A program made the translations under genes and the position numbers. Below are positions 1-8,863 of a stretch of 64,000 nucleotides of DNA, piece by piece (position 1 is the stretch's first letter; each line of letters begins with the position of its first letter). The stretch covers positions 1-64,000 of the IMG/VR virus record IMGVR_UViG_3300035208_003026; one strand, 5' to 3'. The stretch is from a virus (lineage: Duplodnaviria > Caudoviricetes). The notes under the pieces were generated by a model. The model did not search any database, had not been told where the DNA came from, and saw only the letters and a program-made list of their open reading frames with translations.

Positions 1-15
1 AAGTGGAAAATAATC

Positions 16-201
16 ATGGAAAACCAGATAAAGAAAGAATTACTTGCTCATCGAATGCGGCAGCTTGTGCAAGACGCCATAGGCCTTGGTATGAAAGCGG
101 ATCAGATCCAAGATCTATTCTGGAAAGCGTATTCTAGTGAATCCGGAATAGTGTATAACGAGCTGAGCCCAGAGGAATTGGCTGAAGCGTGGAGTAGGTA
201 A
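16..201 (+). CDS. small hypothetical protein
   Basis: 61-aa ORF, GGA upstream, tightly packed with next gene. Confidence 0.6.
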   Translation: MENQIKKELLAHRMRQLVQDAIGLGMKADQIQDLFWKAYSSESGIVYNELSPEELAEAWSR

Positions 202-203
202 TT

Positions 204-509
204 ATGCAAGAAAAAACTATTTACGTTGTAACAGATAAAGATGGAATACAACCTCTTGGTTGTTTTACTAAACATTCTGTTGCTTTAGATTATCTAAAGA
301 ATGAATTTCCGAATAGCGAAATTCAAACTCGCACAGGGATTGTATGGCCAGATAAAACTATTTCGATCTTTGATCCAAGAATTGGTTTCAAGTATGAGAT
401 TGATGATGATTATAGTTCAGAACCAACCAAAAAAAGAAACGAACTTCTAGCTTCGGCTTTGGCAAAGTTGACACTTGAAGAGAGAGAAGCTCTGGGAGTG
501 TACGGTTAA
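204..509 (+). CDS. hypothetical protein
   Basis: 101-aa ORF ending ALAKLTLEEREALG; abuts next ATG. Confidence 0.65.
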   Translation: MQEKTIYVVTDKDGIQPLGCFTKHSVALDYLKNEFPNSEIQTRTGIVWPDKTISIFDPRIGFKYEIDDDYSSEPTKKRNELLASALAKLTLEEREALGVYG

Positions 510-962
510 ATGAAAATACGAACAGGCTTCGTTAGTAATAGCTCTTCAGCCTCCTTCATAATCAAGAAGGCTGGTTTATCAGAAGCTCAGATTGATGCCA
601 TCAAAAGGCATGGAGAGTATTCAAAAATCGTAGACAAACACTTTACCAAGATGGCTAAAGAGCTTCATAAGGCTGGATTTGATCTTGAAGATTTAGATCA
701 TCAATTGGCGCAGCTTGTTGAAAAGAAAAGCAAATATTATCTATCATCATATTTTGATTACCAAGATCCTTGGGTTGTTAAAGAAACAGATACCGAGATT
801 CTTCTTGGTTGTGTATGTGATAATTTTGCTATGTACAAGTTTTTAAAGTTCATTGATGTTCCACCAAAACTTATAAAGGACGGTCCAGAATATTGGGCGT
901 TTGATGGTAATCATGAAGATGATGAAAATGGGGAAACAGCAGAAGAGAAGGAGGAACCATGA
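510..962 (+). CDS. hypothetical protein with N-terminal MKIRxGFVSNSSS motif
   Basis: starts MKIRTGFVSNSSSASFII, a motif I recognise from uncharacterised phage/bacterial proteins. Confidence 0.7.
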   Translation: MKIRTGFVSNSSSASFIIKKAGLSEAQIDAIKRHGEYSKIVDKHFTKMAKELHKAGFDLEDLDHQLAQLVEKKSKYYLSSYFDYQDPWVVKETDTEILLGCVCDNFAMYKFLKFIDVPPKLIKDGPEYWAFDGNHEDDENGETAEEKEEP

Positions 963-1099
963 TTCATTCTGAATATCTAATTTTGCAATCTAGATATCAA
1001 TCTCTTGAACAGAGATATGAAGAGTTGTTGGTTGAACATACGAAGTTGAAGAGGCTTATTCGTGATGCTCTTAGGAAACCAAAAGAAGAAATAAAGTAA
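959..1099 (+). CDS. small coiled-coil protein (46 aa, not in ORF track)
   Basis: ATGA overlap at 959 after GGAGG; MIHSEYLILQSRYQSLEQRYEELLVEHTKLKRLIRDALRKPKEEIK; TAATG coupling to next gene. Confidence 0.6.
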   Translation: MIHSEYLILQSRYQSLEQRYEELLVEHTKLKRLIRDALRKPKEEIK

Positions 1100-1710
1100 T
1101 GACGATTACTATTGTTGGCCCCAAAGAAGCTCCTAAGGAACCTAAAGGTGACTTCCCTTGGTTTGTAAATGCTACATCTCGTTCAAATTCTGAGCTTGGT
1201 AAAGCGTTCTCTCCATTCTTCCTCGGTCCCGTTCCTATGTATGATGGAGCGCCGGCTGGTGAGGCTTTTAATATGGAGAACGTTTGGCAATTTTCCAAGG
1301 TATACAAAAAGTATACTGATGAAAATGGGGATCCATCTGATGCTTGGAGAGAGTGGGCTCGTAAAGGTTTTCGGAATCCTAGAGCTTTTCGATACCCAAT
1401 GGGTCAGGGAGCTAAACCTGAATATGCTTTTTGGGCAGGAGAGAAGCTTCTATACATCGAAGCTAGAAAAAAGATCTACATACCGTTATACAAGTACGGT
1501 ATTCTAACTCATCGAAGAGAAGCATTTGATGAGTTATGTAAACTGTATGAAAAGCACAGAAGATTGATTCTGTGGGACTATGATGGGTATGATAGGAAGC
1601 GTTTCGGTCTAACTCCTGAACAGGTTGTTGACTGTGAAGTCCTAACTATGGGTCATGCCTTTGTGATTGAACAATTATTGTTGGATCATTTTGGTGGAGA
1701 ATTAGAATAA
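1099..1710 (+). CDS. DUF6939-like, possibly NADAR-fold protein
   Basis: motifs FSPF, ENVWQFSKVY, EARKKIYIPLY, LWDYD, GHAFV. Confidence 0.5.
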   Translation: MTITIVGPKEAPKEPKGDFPWFVNATSRSNSELGKAFSPFFLGPVPMYDGAPAGEAFNMENVWQFSKVYKKYTDENGDPSDAWREWARKGFRNPRAFRYPMGQGAKPEYAFWAGEKLLYIEARKKIYIPLYKYGILTHRREAFDELCKLYEKHRRLILWDYDGYDRKRFGLTPEQVVDCEVLTMGHAFVIEQLLLDHFGGELE

Positions 1711-1722
1711 GTAAGTAATATC

Positions 1723-1781
1723 TTGGCTTTGGTATAGTGTAAAATATTACGCAGATCTGCGTAACACTATACCGAGGTCAA
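1723..1781 (+). promoter_or_regulatory. long hairpin with perfect 18-bp palindrome, covering the RBS of the next gene
   Basis: TTACGCAGATCTGCGTAA (1747-1764) flanked by GGTATAGTG/CACTATACC; GAGG in the 3' arm; ATG at 1782. Confidence 0.6.
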
Positions 1782-2093
1782 ATGATTCTAATAGAAGCCT
1801 TCAAATTCCTTAATGATGGGTTAGATATTCGCAGGCGAGCTTGGCATAGAACTGGTTTTTTCCTTCGCAAAGTATCAGATTTTGAAAACATCAGTGAGTT
1901 GCCAGAAGAGTTCTCCGTTATCTACGAGGGAAAGGTTTATGGATTTTCGTTTGTTAGTGGAATCAATTTGTTCATGAATCATGGACAGTGGTCACAGCCT
2001 TGGTTTTGCGGATTATCTGAGCGAAGGGTTAGGGATTGGGAAGTTGGTTCTTTTGGTAAAGAGTTGGTCGAGGAATTCCAGGAAATTGCCTAA
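1782..2093 (+). CDS. hypothetical protein (weak DUF2829/Tad2-like pattern)
   Basis: EAFKFLNDGLDIRRRAW near the N-terminus and DWEV near the C-terminus. Confidence 0.45.
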   Translation: MILIEAFKFLNDGLDIRRRAWHRTGFFLRKVSDFENISELPEEFSVIYEGKVYGFSFVSGINLFMNHGQWSQPWFCGLSERRVRDWEVGSFGKELVEEFQEIA

Positions 2094-2171
2094 TAGTGTT
2101 TATTAGCACGGCAGAATCAGTATTCCTTTGCGAAAGGCTAGGATATCTGCTGAGGCTGTAAAGGAATTAAG

Positions 2172-2504
2172 ATGATCATGATTAACATTGTACAATTTGG
2201 TTCAGAGTTTAATAAAAGACATGACTTTAAATATGAAGATATAGACTTCTTACCAAATAAATATAGCCATATTGATTTTAAAGATATTCCAGAAGCATGG
2301 GTATGTCCGATAGATCATTGTCTTGAAAAGATGGAACACCTAATGAAGGTTTCTGAAATATCACAGTACAGCGGTTTGTTAGTTGTACATTGTGATAATG
2401 TTTCAGAAAATGATAAGCAACTATTGGCTGAGTTAGATAAAACTCTTCGTCTAATAGATTTAGATCTACACGAGCAGTTAGAAAATGGTATAGGTCAACA
2501 TTAA
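2172..2504 (+). CDS. hypothetical protein
   Basis: 110-aa ORF with AAGGA RBS. Confidence 0.6.
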   Translation: MIMINIVQFGSEFNKRHDFKYEDIDFLPNKYSHIDFKDIPEAWVCPIDHCLEKMEHLMKVSEISQYSGLLVVHCDNVSENDKQLLAELDKTLRLIDLDLHEQLENGIGQH

Positions 2505-2515
2505 GTAGAGGATCT

Positions 2516-2680
2516 GTGTCTAATTTCGATAGAACCCGTGAATTTGTCCAAGAGTATGCCTACGTTGAAGATTATTCATTGTTATATGAGTCTCCGAAAA
2601 GAAGAAAAGAATTAGATGAGAACCGTCGAGGTATCGTGGAAATAGATTTGAACAATGACCAAACAATCGAAATCATCTAA
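2516..2680 (+). CDS. small hypothetical protein (54 aa, GTG start, not in ORF track)
   Basis: GAGGA upstream of GTG; MSNFDRTREF...RRGIVEIDLNNDQTIEII; fills the gap between genes. Confidence 0.5.
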   Translation: MSNFDRTREFVQEYAYVEDYSLLYESPKRRKELDENRRGIVEIDLNNDQTIEII

Positions 2681-2975
2681 GAAAAAGTTCTTCATCAAAG
2701 AAGATGATGGTATATATGTTGTTCATGACATCTTTTTTGATGATATAGAAAGTCGTGAAGAGGCTTTGGTTATAGCTATGCGTACGTATGGCGAAATTCA
2801 CATAACACTTCAACAAGAAGTAGAAGCTGGTGAACCATTGTTCATTGGTAACATGAAGGTAACAACCGGTCTACAGCGTTGTCTTGATGAACTTGAAAAG
2901 CGTTGGCCATTCTTACTCAAAGAGCTGTATGCCGTTCCTCGGCGTATAAATGGACACGCAATGTCCTTAAGCTAA
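2655..2975 (+). CDS. hypothetical protein
   Basis: 106-aa ORF in the gene run. Confidence 0.6.
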   Translation: MTKQSKSSKKKFFIKEDDGIYVVHDIFFDDIESREEALVIAMRTYGEIHITLQQEVEAGEPLFIGNMKVTTGLQRCLDELEKRWPFLLKELYAVPRRINGHAMSLS

Positions 2976-3004
2976 TATAAGCGTAATAAAAACAGAAACG
3001 ATCC

Positions 3005-3613
3005 TTGAATGATGTCAGAATTACTAGAGTAACTGTTGAATTTGGAGATTTAAACTTGAGCTATCCGTACAGAAAAGCACCACAAAAAGATACCAAGAGA
3101 TACGTTTTCGGAAGGTTTATTCGTGAACCTAAAGTATTTTGTATAGATCATGAAGATATTAATCATGGTCTAATAGATACGCGCGATGCGCTGCGAATAG
3201 CGCAGGATGCCGGACTTGAACTTGTAATGGTTTCCCAGGGCAAAAATGGGAATCCGAGCACTTGTAAAATACTTGATTTTGGTAAATATAAGTTTGAGCA
3301 AGAGAAACGAGACAAGGTAACCAAGAAAAAACAACGTGAGAATGCTGTTAAGATCAAGGAAATCAAGTTCAGACCAGTAACTGATGAGAACGATCTCAAA
3401 ACAAAAGCTTGCCAACTGCAAGAATTTATAGATGAAGGTAATCGGTTAAAGATTACAGTAGTTTTCCGTGGTAGGGAAATGGCTCATCGAGAAATTGGTT
3501 TAGAGATTATAACAAAGTTTGTTGATATGATCTCTGCAAAATTCGAACAGGAACCTTCTATGACTGGTAGAAATCTTAATGCAATATTGATTAAGAAAGA
3601 TACTCAGTCATGA
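3005..3613 (+). CDS. infC: translation initiation factor IF3 (probable start TTG 3056)
   Basis: GLELVMVS, CKILDFGKYKFEQEK, KIKEIKFRP, FRGREMAHREIG, two-domain IF3 layout; GGAG 8 nt before TTG 3056. Confidence 0.92.
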   Translation: MNDVRITRVTVEFGDLNLSYPYRKAPQKDTKRYVFGRFIREPKVFCIDHEDINHGLIDTRDALRIAQDAGLELVMVSQGKNGNPSTCKILDFGKYKFEQEKRDKVTKKKQRENAVKIKEIKFRPVTDENDLKTKACQLQEFIDEGNRLKITVVFRGREMAHREIGLEIITKFVDMISAKFEQEPSMTGRNLNAILIKKDTQS

Positions 3614-4047
3614 TTATTACAGATGAAAAAGAACTTAGAGTTAAGTGTGTTCAAGTTTTACCAGATGAAGTAAATGATCTTAGAAAGAAACTTGAGGAAG
3701 TTTTAGTTTGGTCGGCAAAACAAGGCCGGCCTGGGGTGGGTTTAGCTTGTCCTCAGATTGGTATTGCCAAGAGTATGGCAATAGTTCGTATTGATGATTC
3801 TATGAAGTTCGATCTTGTAAATGCTAAGATTGTTCAAGTGTATCATCCATTTGAATTTGATAATGAAGGTTGTTTGAGCTTTCCTAATCGGAGTGTTCGT
3901 ACTAGAAGATATAAGGAAATGGTAGTCGAGGAAAATCTTGTGTACCCAAATAGGTTCATTGTCACAGATTTTAGTGCGGTTGTGGTAGCGCATGAGTGTG
4001 ACCATTTAAATGGTATATTGTTATCAGATGTTGCATTAAAAGATTAG
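3610..4047 (+). CDS. def: peptide deformylase (short, phage-type)
   Basis: GVGLACPQIG, EGCLS, HECDHLNG; ends soon after motif 3. Confidence 0.93.
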   Translation: MIITDEKELRVKCVQVLPDEVNDLRKKLEEVLVWSAKQGRPGVGLACPQIGIAKSMAIVRIDDSMKFDLVNAKIVQVYHPFEFDNEGCLSFPNRSVRTRRYKEMVVEENLVYPNRFIVTDFSAVVVAHECDHLNGILLSDVALKD

Positions 4048-4113
4048 GGCTGAATTAGAACAATATTCTATCCTTTTTGGAATATGGGCATTATCTAGAT
4101 TCTTGATAGCCGC

Positions 4114-4362
4114 GTGGGCTTACTACGCCGAAAGGACGAAGAGATGGACGAGAAGGCATTACAAGAATTATTCGCCAAGCAAGGGCAAGCAATTGCAACG
4201 TTAGCTCTTCGTTTAACAACGATAGAACAAATCTTGTTAGGAAAAGGAATTATTACCGAGACTGAAGTAACCCAAACAGCAATACGGCTTAGCAAAGAGT
4301 TTACCCTGCAAGCACAGGAAGCTTTGCGTAGGATTACTGAGGGAATCGAAACAGGAACCTAA
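4114..4362 (+). CDS. hypothetical helical protein
   Basis: 82-aa ORF; start could be the ATG near 4144. Confidence 0.6.
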   Translation: MGLLRRKDEEMDEKALQELFAKQGQAIATLALRLTTIEQILLGKGIITETEVTQTAIRLSKEFTLQAQEALRRITEGIETGT

Positions 4363-4481
4363 AAGTAAGTAAAGGTAAGAGGGCCGCGCATTTACAGCAT
4401 TGCCGGCCTTTGGCGTCTCTATTTCGTAGTAAATTTTTCGGCAGGATAAGCTCAGATGCAAGAGTTCACAAGGAGAATTTA

Positions 4482-4775
4482 ATGCTGGACATTGATAATG
4501 GAATTAGTCTTGTTAAGTTTGCAGCAACTTGGTGTGCACCATGTAAGGTAGTTGCGAAAAGTATTGATAAAATCAAAACGGAGTTTACGGATGTAAAATT
4601 CCAGGAGATTGATGTTGATGATAATCCAACCCTAGCCAAAGATTACAAGATAAGGAGTGTTCCAACTATAATTATTTTTAAAGATTCAGAAGAGATTACC
4701 AGATTTGTTGGTAACGTTAAGATAGATGTTTTAAGAAAAGCTTTGAGAGATGTTCTAAAAGATAGAGCCGCATAA
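4482..4775 (+). CDS. trxA: thioredoxin
   Basis: WCAPC active site, IRSVPT cis-Pro loop; AAGGAG before ATG 4482. Confidence 0.92.
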   Translation: MLDIDNGISLVKFAATWCAPCKVVAKSIDKIKTEFTDVKFQEIDVDDNPTLAKDYKIRSVPTIIIFKDSEEITRFVGNVKIDVLRKALRDVLKDRAA

Positions 4776-4785
4776 GAAAGGGAGT

Positions 4786-5142
4786 TTGAAAGTTATGGCA
4801 ACAAGAAAGAAAACTGATACGAGTAAGGCAGTTGAGGCAGTAAAAGAGACCGTAAAGGAAACTGCTGCAGAGAAGATTTGGGAAAAGATTAAGAATGCAC
4901 CGATGGATATCTTTGCACTTCCAAATCAGGTAGTTCAGATGTACGTCACTAGGGATGCAAGGCTTGAAAAGGCTATTCCCGATGCCGTCCATTTGAGATT
5001 AAAGTCTGCAGCAGTTCTTCCTGCACTAGAAGATTCTTTGGGTAGAATCCCTCTGGGAAAGAATGCAGTTGGGCAACAGCTTGTATTCGATCTATCTCAA
5101 ATGGATGTTTATACAGTTGTTAAGATTGTTCCCAGGATTTAA
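4786..5142 (+). CDS. hypothetical protein
   Basis: 118-aa ORF with GGGAG upstream. Confidence 0.6.
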   Translation: MKVMATRKKTDTSKAVEAVKETVKETAAEKIWEKIKNAPMDIFALPNQVVQMYVTRDARLEKAIPDAVHLRLKSAAVLPALEDSLGRIPLGKNAVGQQLVFDLSQMDVYTVVKIVPRI

Positions 5143-5152
5143 GAAAAGATGA

Positions 5153-5611
5153 ATGGCATTAGATCTAGAGGAATGTGCTTACCTGGTTTTAGGATGTCAT
5201 GGCCGTACTGAGAATGGATTCATTCTTTGTTCGGGTGTGCAAAATCGCATCCTAAAACTAAATGATTCTTTGGTAAATATTGATGGCGTTATAGATTATC
5301 TAGAGGCCGTTCGGTTATTTGACAGACCCATGTTAGATCAAAATGCTGTTCGTCATCTTATCTACAACCTTCAAGATCGTTTCGACCAGAAATTCAAAAG
5401 GTTATGGACAGATCATGAGTACAATTTGATTGAAAGATTCATCCACATGCATAAGCAATGTGGGGTTTATGCTCAATTGATAATTGTATTAGAGGAAGAT
5501 CAACAGACAAAAGATAAAGAACAGGTATCATTTGTCCAAGGTATCCCCGAAAAAGAAAGGCCAAATAAAGTAATTAGCTTAGCCGGAATGCGAGGGAGGA
5601 AGTTTGGATAA
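5153..5611 (+). CDS. hypothetical protein
   Basis: 152-aa ORF. Confidence 0.6.
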   Translation: MALDLEECAYLVLGCHGRTENGFILCSGVQNRILKLNDSLVNIDGVIDYLEAVRLFDRPMLDQNAVRHLIYNLQDRFDQKFKRLWTDHEYNLIERFIHMHKQCGVYAQLIIVLEEDQQTKDKEQVSFVQGIPEKERPNKVISLAGMRGRKFG

Positions 5612-5621
5612 TGAATCTTAT

Positions 5622-6881
5622 CGATATCGTGCAAAGAAAACTCCAATGCTTTAGCTTGGAGATGAATTTGCCGTTCTTTACCACAAATGTAGTAATATTT
5701 TCACATAAATAATACACTAATGCTTAAAGCTTTCCAATATAGAATCTACCCCAATCCTTCTCAATCAAAAGCTCTTTCTAAAGCTTTCGGTTGCTGTAGA
5801 TTCTTATACAACAAAGCTCTAGAACATAAAAAGAATACTTACGAATCTTCTAAGAAATCTATCTATTATAATGAATTAGCAACTTCTTTCCTAAAAGATC
5901 TGAAGCAAGAATTAATTTGGTTGCAAGAAACACCTTCACAAGCATTACAACAAAGTTTAAAACATCTAGATTCTGCATATAAAAGATTCTTTAAGTTTAA
6001 GAAAGGTTTCCCTTCTTTCAAATCCAAATATTCTAAACAATCATTTTCTCTTCCTCAATTTGTTAAAATTAATTTCAAAGATTCTACCATTAGTATTCCT
6101 AAAATTGGTACAATTAAAGCAAGACTTCATAGAACATTTGAAGGTATAATTAAAACTTGTACCGTTTCTAAAACTTGTACTAATAAGTATTACATTTCTG
6201 TTCTTGTAGATAATAAAGAAGAACTTCCACAAATTATATCAGGAGATAAGAATATAGGAATTGATCTTGGGATTAAAACATTTGCAACTTTCTCTAATGG
6301 AAATAAAATAGATAATCCTAAATTCTATCATAAATCATTACGAAAATTAAAAGCATTACAAAAGGTTTTATCTAGTAAGATTAAAGGTTCTTCTAATTAC
6401 CGAAAACTAAAGTACAAATTAGCTATATTACATGAAAAGATTTGTAACAAAAGAGATAATTTTCTACATCAAATATCTAAAGATATTATTAACAATAACC
6501 ACGTAATAATAACAGAAGATCTTGATATTAAATCTCTTCTTGAGAAATCATATACATCAATGTCAAGAAATATCGGAGATGTTTCTTGGAGTAAATTTGT
6601 ACAAATGTTAGAATACAAAGCTGCATGGAATGGGAAGAGGTTGATAAAGATAGGAAGATATGAGCCAAGTTCTAAGAAATGTTCAGAATGTGGGAATATA
6701 AATTCAGAATTGAAGTTAGAAGATAGAGAATGGAAATGTAAATCATGTGGAAAAGAGCATGATAGAGATGTTAATGCAGCGAAGAATGTATTAAAATTCG
6801 GTATGGAACAGACCGAATTAAAATGCCTTGAGAGTGCAAACTCAATAGAAAGCTCCTAACTTTTAGGTTGGAGTAGTTCAC
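5622..6881 (+). mobile_element. non-autonomous IS200/IS605-family (IS1341-type, tnpB-only) element
   Basis: left hairpin CTCCAA..TTGGAG (5641-5661); right hairpin CTCC..GGAG (6853-6873) followed by TAGTTCAC; AT-richer than flanks; no tnpA; left boundary uncertain (5622-5632). Confidence 0.75.
5720..6859 (+). CDS. tnpB: TnpB RNA-guided endonuclease
   Basis: N-terminal FQYRIYPN..FGCCRFLYN; RuvC GIDLG, ITEDL, DRDVNAAKN; zinc ribbon CSECG/CKSCG. Confidence 0.93.
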   Translation: MLKAFQYRIYPNPSQSKALSKAFGCCRFLYNKALEHKKNTYESSKKSIYYNELATSFLKDLKQELIWLQETPSQALQQSLKHLDSAYKRFFKFKKGFPSFKSKYSKQSFSLPQFVKINFKDSTISIPKIGTIKARLHRTFEGIIKTCTVSKTCTNKYYISVLVDNKEELPQIISGDKNIGIDLGIKTFATFSNGNKIDNPKFYHKSLRKLKALQKVLSSKIKGSSNYRKLKYKLAILHEKICNKRDNFLHQISKDIINNNHVIITEDLDIKSLLEKSYTSMSRNIGDVSWSKFVQMLEYKAAWNGKRLIKIGRYEPSSKKCSECGNINSELKLEDREWKCKSCGKEHDRDVNAAKNVLKFGMEQTELKCLESANSIESS

Positions 6882-7136
6882 ATGAAACCAATGTTTCATA
6901 TTATACACCCATCAATAATTGATTTATATGTTAATGCATTAACCTTGCATATTCTACAAGAGCAATTAAACAATTTGGATCCAGACAATTTTTCTCTGGA
7001 TAAGCAAACTGAAATTGATAAAGCTACTACAGAATACGTCATATCTATTAAGCGAGCCGAAGAACTTTATAAGGATTCCGAAATAGTTCAAAAGCAATTA
7101 GATGCCTTTGTAGCTCAAAGACAGGGTGATACATGA
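6882..7136 (+). CDS. hypothetical protein
   Basis: 84-aa ORF starting immediately after the IS right end. Confidence 0.55.
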   Translation: MKPMFHIIHPSIIDLYVNALTLHILQEQLNNLDPDNFSLDKQTEIDKATTEYVISIKRAEELYKDSEIVQKQLDAFVAQRQGDT

Positions 7137-7477
7137 GTGATATCCTTCAAAGATTAGTGACTGGGAACCTAACTTCCAATGAAAAGCGTGGTGTTTCGGA
7201 CTTCAACAAGAAGTATGATACCGATAAACCAGATCCTTTAGAGCCTATTGCCGTATCTTTTGCTTTGCAGAAGAATCAAAAACAGGCTATATTTCAAGAT
7301 GTTAGACAACGTGTTCTTGATGGCAAATCACCAGAAGAGATAGCTTCTGCCGTAGTTGCGGCAATGGATGAGCATCTCGTGGAAAAAGAACATGAAGCGT
7401 ACCCTGCCGCCTATCCAGACGAGAAAGCATTCGTAAATCCGAAGTCTGGAAAGAAAGGTGGTTTCAAACGTGTGTAA
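7133..7477 (+). CDS. hypothetical protein
   Basis: ATGA-coupled 114-aa ORF. Confidence 0.65.
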   Translation: MSDILQRLVTGNLTSNEKRGVSDFNKKYDTDKPDPLEPIAVSFALQKNQKQAIFQDVRQRVLDGKSPEEIASAVVAAMDEHLVEKEHEAYPAAYPDEKAFVNPKSGKKGGFKRV

Positions 7478-7494
7478 TAATCTAGCATATTCAC

Positions 7495-7752
7495 ATGAGT
7501 GATACTCTAGAAGAAGCCAAGGAAGCTGTAGAAAGGCGCAGAAGATCTGACCGCCGACAGTGGCTTTTTCATATTTTAGAACTTATTCTTGATGGCAAGA
7601 TTGATAGTTCAAAAACTCCACTAGCAGATATATTCAATCAAAGAGGACCGAGACAAAGTTATGTTTCACCCAAAGATAGGGCAACACGTAACTATGGATA
7701 TATGGAATTTAATGAGATGTTAGCTGGAACACCTTTTTATGGAGAATCGTAA
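7495..7752 (+). CDS. hypothetical protein
   Basis: 85-aa ORF. Confidence 0.6.
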   Translation: MSDTLEEAKEAVERRRRSDRRQWLFHILELILDGKIDSSKTPLADIFNQRGPRQSYVSPKDRATRNYGYMEFNEMLAGTPFYGES

Positions 7753-8138
7753 TGCGTACCATTTCCAAGACCCTTAAGAAAAGACTCATCGCCCAAGCAG
7801 AGGAAGCAAACTTCCAAGGACTGGAGAAGGTTGCGATCAGACTTGTTCATCAAGCCAAGAATAGTTCTATTCGTCAAGATGATGAAGAGTATATCTATTC
7901 TAACGCTGAGTTGAAGAATGATGTTGAAAATCTTCTTTGGAATGCAGTAGTTAGAGCAGAGGATTACTTTGGTAAAACTGCTGATGCGAAAGAGGCTGGT
8001 TTGATTGTTGAAGCCCTAGCCGATGAGCTTATAACAGCAATCCGCACAAAGATTGGCGGAGATGTTATAGGACCACATGAACCTCTTGTTCCTGGAGAAC
8101 AGAGAATGATTGTGGAGATTGACGAAGATGGTAGGTAA
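7752..8138 (+). CDS. hypothetical protein
   Basis: 128-aa ORF, TAATG coupling, GGAG RBS. Confidence 0.65.
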   Translation: MRTISKTLKKRLIAQAEEANFQGLEKVAIRLVHQAKNSSIRQDDEEYIYSNAELKNDVENLLWNAVVRAEDYFGKTADAKEAGLIVEALADELITAIRTKIGGDVIGPHEPLVPGEQRMIVEIDEDGR

Positions 8139-8676
8139 CAGACAAATTCAAGCATCACCAGACCCTAATCGTAAAATTGGATTTTCTGATGCCCACACGA
8201 AAGAAGTTCAAGCAACTCGTGGGGTAAAGCTCAAAAATAGATCAGCTGAAAAGCTGGAGCAGGAAAAGAAAGAACGAGAAGAGTATAAAGCTCGTTTTGA
8301 TGATAATGCTGATAAGACGGTTAAGTATCATCAGGAACAGAGTTCTCGTGCTGTACAAGTCATTCAGCGATACATGAAAATGACAGATGATAAAACTCTG
8401 TCACAGAATAAGGGAAGTATTGCTAACGATGTAGAGCGAGAGATTCGTCAGGATCTTATTCAATTAGCTTTGGATTTGAATAATGATGAGTTTGAAGAAG
8501 ATAATGGTAAAGGATCGGTTGTTGTACTAAGTGCCCTTACTAAGGTTCTTTTGCAGTACAGAGATCGAATCAATCAGTTAGAATTTGAAATACAGCAAAT
8601 GAAGCGCACGAGTCAGAAAACAAATACGGCGTCGAGCGCGCCACATCTACAGGCTACTAATGCAGACAAGCTCTGA
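8110..8676 (+). CDS. hypothetical coiled-coil protein
   Basis: 188-aa ORF; likely start ATG 8128. Confidence 0.6.
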   Translation: MWRLTKMVGNRQIQASPDPNRKIGFSDAHTKEVQATRGVKLKNRSAEKLEQEKKEREEYKARFDDNADKTVKYHQEQSSRAVQVIQRYMKMTDDKTLSQNKGSIANDVEREIRQDLIQLALDLNNDEFEEDNGKGSVVVLSALTKVLLQYRDRINQLEFEIQQMKRTSQKTNTASSAPHLQATNADKL

Positions 8677-8863
8677 TTTCAGAACTCGATTGATTCAAAT
8701 AATCACCGAGGAGAAACAAGCTCTGCTCGAATATAAGAGCCTATGCGCAAGGTTTCAAATACAGCCAGACCACCAGCCGGAAGCGATAGTCAAGGCCAAG
8801 GTTCAGATGATGGAGGAACTTCTGAACCTTTTGCCCACATCAAAGCGGCTAATCGAAAAGTAA
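8660..8863 (+). CDS. small hypothetical protein
   Basis: 67-aa ORF overlapping its neighbours. Confidence 0.4.
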   Translation: MQTSSDFRTRLIQIITEEKQALLEYKSLCARFQIQPDHQPEAIVKAKVQMMEELLNLLPTSKRLIEK

